Assembly (NCBI GenBank): GCA_965200965.1
Contig: OZ241744.1
Span: forward strand, 2,432,001-2,496,000
Direction of reading: 5' to 3'
Length of the DNA: 64,000 bases
DNA from: an uncultured Candidatus Binatia bacterium
Lineage (GTDB): Bacteria; Desulfobacterota; Binatia; Bin18
In this document: positions 58,955 through 64,000 of the stretch, piece after piece
Position numbering within the stretch: position 1 is the first letter of the stretch
Layout of the letters: every line of letters starts with the position of its first letter
Made by a program: the position numbers and the translations under genes
The notes under the pieces: generated by a model
Seen by the model: only the letters and a program-made list of their open reading frames with translations
What the model was told of the DNA's origin: nothing
The model's database searches: none

Positions 58955-61099
58955 CTAGAACCGATAAGTATAACGGACCTTGATCCGCCCCTCCCGCGAG
59001 GTCGGGGAGATAGCGCCGTCACGAACCAGCCACTTGTGGTGATAGACCACAAACAGCTCGTTGCCCGGCTCAATAATCCAGCGCAGCCGGGTGTGCAGCC
59101 CCAGGCTGTCCGATACGGTGTCGTACTGGCCAAAGGCGAACCAGGAGAGATCGGGGTTGAGGGCCAGGTTAAGCCGGGCGCGGACGAGGCGCACCGCAAA
59201 GTTGCCCCACGGCAGGCGGACATCGTTGTGTTGATACTCGCCGCTGAAAAAGACAGCCGGCCCAGGCCGGAAGGTCAGCCGCCCGATCCAGTCATCCCGC
59301 CGGCCGCTGAAAAAATGTCCCCATTCGTAACGCGCCAGGATTCCCAGCTTGCGTTTGTCGGCGCTCTCAAACTCAATCCGCTGGCGTCGGAAGACATACG
59401 CCCCGGGCGGGATCGTCACCCCGTCGCTGATGGCAAATGCGCTGCGCAGGCGCTCAAAGGTCTGGATGGTGCGAAAGCGCAGCACATCCCCGCTCTCGAA
59501 CCGCCAGGCACACGGCATGTTAACATTCCGGGTCAGCAGCTGCCGGGTAGCCGGGTCGGCAAAATAATTGCCGTCAAAGGCACAGCTCACCTGGCGGGTC
59601 TGCCACAGCTCGGGACGCGGGGCGTACTGGAGAAACCAGCCAAAGCGACGGATGCCGTTACGCGGCACAAAGCCCATCGTAGCCTCAAAATCGTCCTGGA
59701 CCTCACGGTAGGTGCCAAAGATGCGCCAAGTATCGTTGGGCAGGCTGATCTGACTGCCCCAGGCCAGATTCCTGGCCGTCCCAGGCACAAAACTTCTCAG
59801 TACAAAGGACGAGAACTCCAGGTTCTTATTGCCGGCCAACTCCGAGGTGCTGTAACGAAAGTCTCCGCCGGCCAACCCGGTCGCCGGCCCCCGTTCGGGC
59901 GTACGGCGGGTGGCAATAAACCCGACCGAAGATTTGGTCAGGATGTTGCGTTTGACCCGGACGATGCTGAAGTTCTCGCCCGGCAGGTGGCCGCGGTTCT
60001 GGGTCTGGACGCTCATCAGGCCGATCCGATACGGTCCGGTCCGGCCGCTGAGCTTGCCGCCGCCGACCACATCAACCGTTTTCCCGTCGTCGGACAGACC
60101 GATGCGCCGGCTGAAAAACGGAATAATGACCAGCGGGCCGGAGGTCGGGGTCAGCCCATCGACCGCAAAATTGCCGGCGTCTTCCAGGAAGAACTGGCGT
60201 TTTTCGGGGAAAAAGAGCGAAAAACGGGTCAGATTGACCTGGGCGTTGTCCACCTCGGTTTCGCCGAAGTCGGTATTCAGGCTCAGGCTGAGGGTCAGGC
60301 TTGGTGTGAGCTTGTAGAAGATGTCCACCGCCGGCTGAACGTTGGTGGCCTTGCGTCTGGGGATCAGCGACCAGGACGGCACGATGTCAACCCCCAGCCC
60401 TTGCGACAGGCCGCTGAGGCCGGTCAGACTGCCGGCTTCCGACACCCGGAAAAAGTCGAGGTTCTGCCGATAGCCGGCCCACACGGCCTCCTCGTTGCGC
60501 CGCTTGATGATCCGCTGGACGTTGAAACCCCAGGTTGACTGGGCGGGGTTGAAGCTCAGGGTGTGGAACGGAATTGACACTTCAGCGGTCCAGCCGTGCG
60601 CGGTGATGCGGGTCCGGGCCTGCCAGATGCCGTTCCAGTCCGGGTTGCGGTCCTGGCCCTCGTCCGAGATGATCTGGTCAAAACGCGCCCCGGCCGCGTT
60701 GACCTGAAAGACAAAGGCACCCCGCCGGTCGTGAAAGGTATCGAGCAGCAGGCTCACCCGGTCATCAGCGCCGAGCTCGGCGTCCCGGTCAAACCGGGTG
60801 GCGACAATGGCCTGCGGCTCAGCGTCCGTGCAGTTCACACCGATGTACAGATGGGTCGGAGAATACACGACCCGCACCTCGGTCGGCTCGGACGCCGGCC
60901 GGCCTTCGTCCGGTTCGCGCTGGCGCAGCGTGTCTATGGCCGGGGCGTGCTGCCAGACCGCTTCGTCAAGGATGCCGTCAACCCGTATCGGCTCGGTCGT
61001 GGGCAGTGCGGCCAGGGAGGGGCGGGCCGCGGCCGCCGGCGCGGCACACAGGCCGCTCAGCGCCAGCCAGCAGCCCAGCAGCCTAAAAGCGACAGGTAT
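58955..61099 (-). CDS. CBM9-like/DUF5916-type outer-membrane-associated protein, copy 2 (start uncertain, possibly ATA)
   Basis: IRVDGILDEAVW, LDTFHDRR, NTDFGETEVD..VNLTRFSLFFPEKRQFFLE, FFSRRIG; ends YTYRF. Confidence 0.8.
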   Translation of the reverse strand: MPVAFRLLGCWLALSGLCAAPAAAARPSLAALPTTEPIRVDGILDEAVWQHAPAIDTLRQREPDEGRPASEPTEVRVVYSPTHLYIGVNCTDAEPQAIVATRFDRDAELGADDRVSLLLDTFHDRRGAFVFQVNAAGARFDQIISDEGQDRNPDWNGIWQARTRITAHGWTAEVSIPFHTLSFNPAQSTWGFNVQRIIKRRNEEAVWAGYRQNLDFFRVSEAGSLTGLSGLSQGLGVDIVPSWSLIPRRKATNVQPAVDIFYKLTPSLTLSLSLNTDFGETEVDNAQVNLTRFSLFFPEKRQFFLEDAGNFAVDGLTPTSGPLVIIPFFSRRIGLSDDGKTVDVVGGGKLSGRTGPYRIGLMSVQTQNRGHLPGENFSIVRVKRNILTKSSVGFIATRRTPERGPATGLAGGDFRYSTSELAGNKNLEFSSFVLRSFVPGTARNLAWGSQISLPNDTWRIFGTYREVQDDFEATMGFVPRNGIRRFGWFLQYAPRPELWQTRQVSCAFDGNYFADPATRQLLTRNVNMPCAWRFESGDVLRFRTIQTFERLRSAFAISDGVTIPPGAYVFRRQRIEFESADKRKLGILARYEWGHFFSGRRDDWIGRLTFRPGPAVFFSGEYQHNDVRLPWGNFAVRLVRARLNLALNPDLSWFAFGQYDTVSDSLGLHTRLRWIIEPGNELFVVYHHKWLVRDGAISPTSREGRIKVRYTYRF

Positions 61100-63233
61100 A
61101 GCGGACCTTGATCCGGCCCTCGCGCTGGGCGGCCCGGAATCTGCCGGGCGGGGTGTGCCAGTGGTGATTGTAGACGATGAAGAAGTCATTGCCAGGCTCG
61201 ATGATCCAGCGCAGTTGGCTGTTGAGGTTGAGCATATCTGAGACGGTGTCGTACTGCACCAGGCCGAACCACGACAGCTCAGGGCCGGCCGCCAGGCTGA
61301 GCCGGCCGCGGACCAGCCGGACGACAAAGTTCCCCTCGGCCAGGCGGACATCATTTTGCTGGTACTCGGCGCTGAAGAAGACAGCCGGGCCGGGCCGCAG
61401 CTCCAGCCGTCCGGTCCAGTCGTCCCGTTTGCCACTGTAGAACTTGCCCCATTCATAGCGCAGGTACAGTCCTACCGGACGCTTATCGGCGCTCTGCAAC
61501 TCGGTCCGATAGCGGCGGTAGCGGTAGCTGCCGGGCGCGATCGTCACCCCGTCGCTGATCTCGAAACCTTCGGTCAGGCGTTGAAACGCCTCAAAGGTGA
61601 AGGCCCTGAGCTCGTCTCCGCTGTTGAAGCGCCACCAGCAGGGGAAGCCGATAAAGCGGGTCAGCAGGCGGTTGGTCGGCGGGTCGGCGTAATAGCTGCC
61701 GCCCGAGGCGCATGAGACCTGGCGGGTGGCCCAGCGGCCCGGGCGCGGTGCGCCGCGCACAAACCAACGAAAACGGCGGATGCCGTTGCGCGGCACAAAG
61801 CCCAGCGTGGCGTCAAAATCTTCCTGCACCTCGTGGTATGAGGTTGCGACCTCCCAGGTGTCGTTGGGCATGTTGAGGGCCGTGCCCCAGGCCATATCCC
61901 TGGTCGCTCCAGGAATAAAACTCTTCAGAAAAAACGCCGACCACGACAGGTTCTTCTTCCCCCTCAACTCAGATGTACTATACCGGAAGTTGCCCCCGGC
62001 CAAGCCGCTGGCCGGCCCGCGTTCGGGCGTGCGGCGGGTGGCGATGAAGCCGACTGAGGACTTGGTGAACAGGTCGCGTTTGACGCGGATGACGCTGAAA
62101 TTCTCGCCCGGCACAGGCTCTCGCTGTTGGGCTTGCACGCTCATGAGGCCCAGCCGATAGGGGCCGGTCCGACCGCTCAGCTTGACGCCGCCGAGCAGGT
62201 CTACCGGCTTGTCGTCGGCGTCAAGGCCGATCCGCCGGCTGAAAAAGGGGACGAGGGCCAGGGGCCGGGACGTGCCGGTCAGGTCGTCCACCGCAAAATT
62301 GCCGGCGTCCTCCAGGAAGAACTGGCGCTTCTCGGGAAAAAACAGCGAGAAGCGGGTCAGATTGATCTGCGAGTCGTCAACCACGGTTTCGCCAAAGTCG
62401 GTGTTCAGGGTGACGCTCAGGGTCAGCCCTGGGGTGAGTTTGTAGAAGGCGTTCAGCCCCGGCTGGAAGTTGGTCGCCCGGCGTCTGGGAACGGCCGACA
62501 CAAACGTCGACACGTCCAGACCCAGCCCTTGGTTGATGCCGATCAGGCCGGTCAACAGGCCGGCCTCCGACACCCGGAAGAAGGTGAGGTTCTGCCGATA
62601 GCCGGCCCACACCGCTTCTTCGTTATTGCGCTTGATCACCCGCTGGACGTTAAACCCCCAGACGCTCTGCCCGGAGGCAAAGCTGAGTGTCTGAAAGGGA
62701 ATCAACACCTCCGCATTCCAGCCCTGGGCGGTCAACCGGGTCCTGGCATACCAGATGCCATTCCAGTCCGGGTTCAGGTCCTGGCCTTCATCAGAGATAA
62801 TCTGGTCAAAGCGGGCACCGACCGCGTTGACCTGAAAGACAAAGGCGTTGCGCCGGTCGTGAAAGGTATCGAGCAACAGGCTCACCCGGTCGTCAGCGTC
62901 GAGCTTGGCGTCACGGTCAAAGCGCGAGGCCACAATCGCCTCCGGGTTTGTGTCAAAGCAGGTAATGCCGATGTACAGCCGACGGGGCGAGTACAGGACG
63001 CGCACCTCGGTCCGCTCAGACGCCGGCGCACCCTCGTCCGGCTCGCGCTGGCGCAGCGTGTCTACGGTCTGGGCCGACTGCCAGGCCGCCTCGCTCAAGA
63101 CGCCGTCAACCGTGATGATCGCGGTTGTTGGAACCGCGGCCAGCTCGGGCGTCCCTGCCTGCACCGGAGAGCCGCACAGGCACGCCATCAACACCAGACT
63201 GAGGAAAAAATGGGATGTGACGGCACACTGCAT
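61083..63233 (-). CDS. CBM9-like/DUF5916-type protein, copy 1 (start may be 63281)
   Basis: Signal peptide; same motifs as copy 2; ends YTCRF. Confidence 0.85.
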   Translation of the reverse strand: MQCAVTSHFFLSLVLMACLCGSPVQAGTPELAAVPTTAIITVDGVLSEAAWQSAQTVDTLRQREPDEGAPASERTEVRVLYSPRRLYIGITCFDTNPEAIVASRFDRDAKLDADDRVSLLLDTFHDRRNAFVFQVNAVGARFDQIISDEGQDLNPDWNGIWYARTRLTAQGWNAEVLIPFQTLSFASGQSVWGFNVQRVIKRNNEEAVWAGYRQNLTFFRVSEAGLLTGLIGINQGLGLDVSTFVSAVPRRRATNFQPGLNAFYKLTPGLTLSVTLNTDFGETVVDDSQINLTRFSLFFPEKRQFFLEDAGNFAVDDLTGTSRPLALVPFFSRRIGLDADDKPVDLLGGVKLSGRTGPYRLGLMSVQAQQREPVPGENFSVIRVKRDLFTKSSVGFIATRRTPERGPASGLAGGNFRYSTSELRGKKNLSWSAFFLKSFIPGATRDMAWGTALNMPNDTWEVATSYHEVQEDFDATLGFVPRNGIRRFRWFVRGAPRPGRWATRQVSCASGGSYYADPPTNRLLTRFIGFPCWWRFNSGDELRAFTFEAFQRLTEGFEISDGVTIAPGSYRYRRYRTELQSADKRPVGLYLRYEWGKFYSGKRDDWTGRLELRPGPAVFFSAEYQQNDVRLAEGNFVVRLVRGRLSLAAGPELSWFGLVQYDTVSDMLNLNSQLRWIIEPGNDFFIVYNHHWHTPPGRFRAAQREGRIKVRYTCRF

Positions 63234-63323
63234 GAGGAAAGTATCGCGCCCCACTTTTGCGGACCGGGGTTCGTTCCTCACTCAGCCCGCCGGCCGGATG
63301 CTGCAAGCGAGCGAAGGGGAAGA

Positions 63324-64000
63324 CTAGTCGTCTTTGAACCGCGCGTCCCGCCAGTCAAGCGCGGCTCGCAGGCCCTTGTCCTTGCGGATCTGATTGAACG
63401 TCTCTTGCTCTTCGGTCCGGGTGGTATCGAACAGAGTCACGAGGTCAAGATTTTGCTCAATGCTGTTCAGGAAGCCCATGTTTTCAAAGGCGCGGTTGAT
63501 CGCAATTTTATTGTACTTGACCCCGACCTGGGCAATGTTGATCAGGGTGCGGGCCATCTTCTCGCATTCGGGGATGAGTTGCTCGTGGGCGACGACCTTG
63601 TTAATCATACCCAGCCGCTCGGCCTCCTGGGCGGACAGGGTCTCCCCTGTCAGCAGCAACTCCTTGGCCTTGGCCAGACCAACGCTGAAGGGCGTGATCA
63701 GGACCGGCGGGCCGGTGCCAAAGCGAATCTCCGGCTCGCCCAGCGTGGCCTGTTCCGAGGCGATTTTGATATCGCACAACTGGGCCAGCTCACACGCCCC
63801 GGCCAGCGCATAGCCGTTGATAGCGGCGATATACGCCTTGGCCGAGTGCCAGATTTTCAGAAAGATGGTGATGTTCTTCTTGAGGGACGAGCGCCAGGCA
63901 TCGGCCGCCTGGTCGTACAACTCCGGTGCCCCCTCCGGCGCGCCAATGTCAAAGCCGGCAGAGAAGGCGCGGCCGGCCCCGGTCAGAATCACGACCTTGA
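63324..64000 (-). CDS. Enoyl-CoA hydratase/isomerase family protein (5' end outside the window)
   Basis: ILTGAGRAFSAGFD, IAAINGYALAG, GEPEIRFG, AERLGMINKVV. Confidence 0.92.
   Translation of the reverse strand, partial: KVVILTGAGRAFSAGFDIGAPEGAPELYDQAADAWRSSLKKNITIFLKIWHSAKAYIAAINGYALAGACELAQLCDIKIASEQATLGEPEIRFGTGPPVLITPFSVGLAKAKELLLTGETLSAQEAERLGMINKVVAHEQLIPECEKMARTLINIAQVGVKYNKIAINRAFENMGFLNSIEQNLDLVTLFDTTRTEEQETFNQIRKDKGLRAALDWRDARFKDD

Overview
GC-rich bacterial chromosomal window. Its gene order and content (ispE-tRNA-Gln-prs-rplY-pth, tRNA-Val-infC-rpmI-rplT-ihfA-merR, ptsP, hpnH, many CoA-transferase, P450 and amidohydrolase genes) suggest a deltaproteobacteria-like lineage, possibly Binatota; that placement is an inference. 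The left edge (1-~4070) is a lower-GC island with a SNF2/RapA-like helicase and an actin/Hsp70-fold ATPase interrupted by one in-frame TGA. Next come GDPD, tldD/pmbA, djlA, a Co-type nitrile hydratase operon with an epoxide hydrolase, a secreted SNase-LTD nuclease, an EtfB-EtfA fusion, and an SPPY-type DNA methyltransferase facing a truncated Eco29kI-like endonuclease. Then pilD, a MutS-V protein, tmk-holB-metG-tatD, fur, hpnH-ADH-tal/pgi-rpiA, a sulfotransferase with a GPP34(GOLPH3)-P450 fusion, an Lpp/OprI-like lipoprotein, a solo groEL, translation genes, a cluster of internally deleted pseudogenes, alkA, thiD, ptsP, HU and tandem DUF5916-like genes. The most distinctive non-gene signal is a dispersed family of ~50-80 bp palindromic (MITE/RPE-like) elements. 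At least 6 copies are present, and two sit in frame inside the intact housekeeping genes ispE and tal-pgi. All family assignments come from motif recognition only; no database searches were run.
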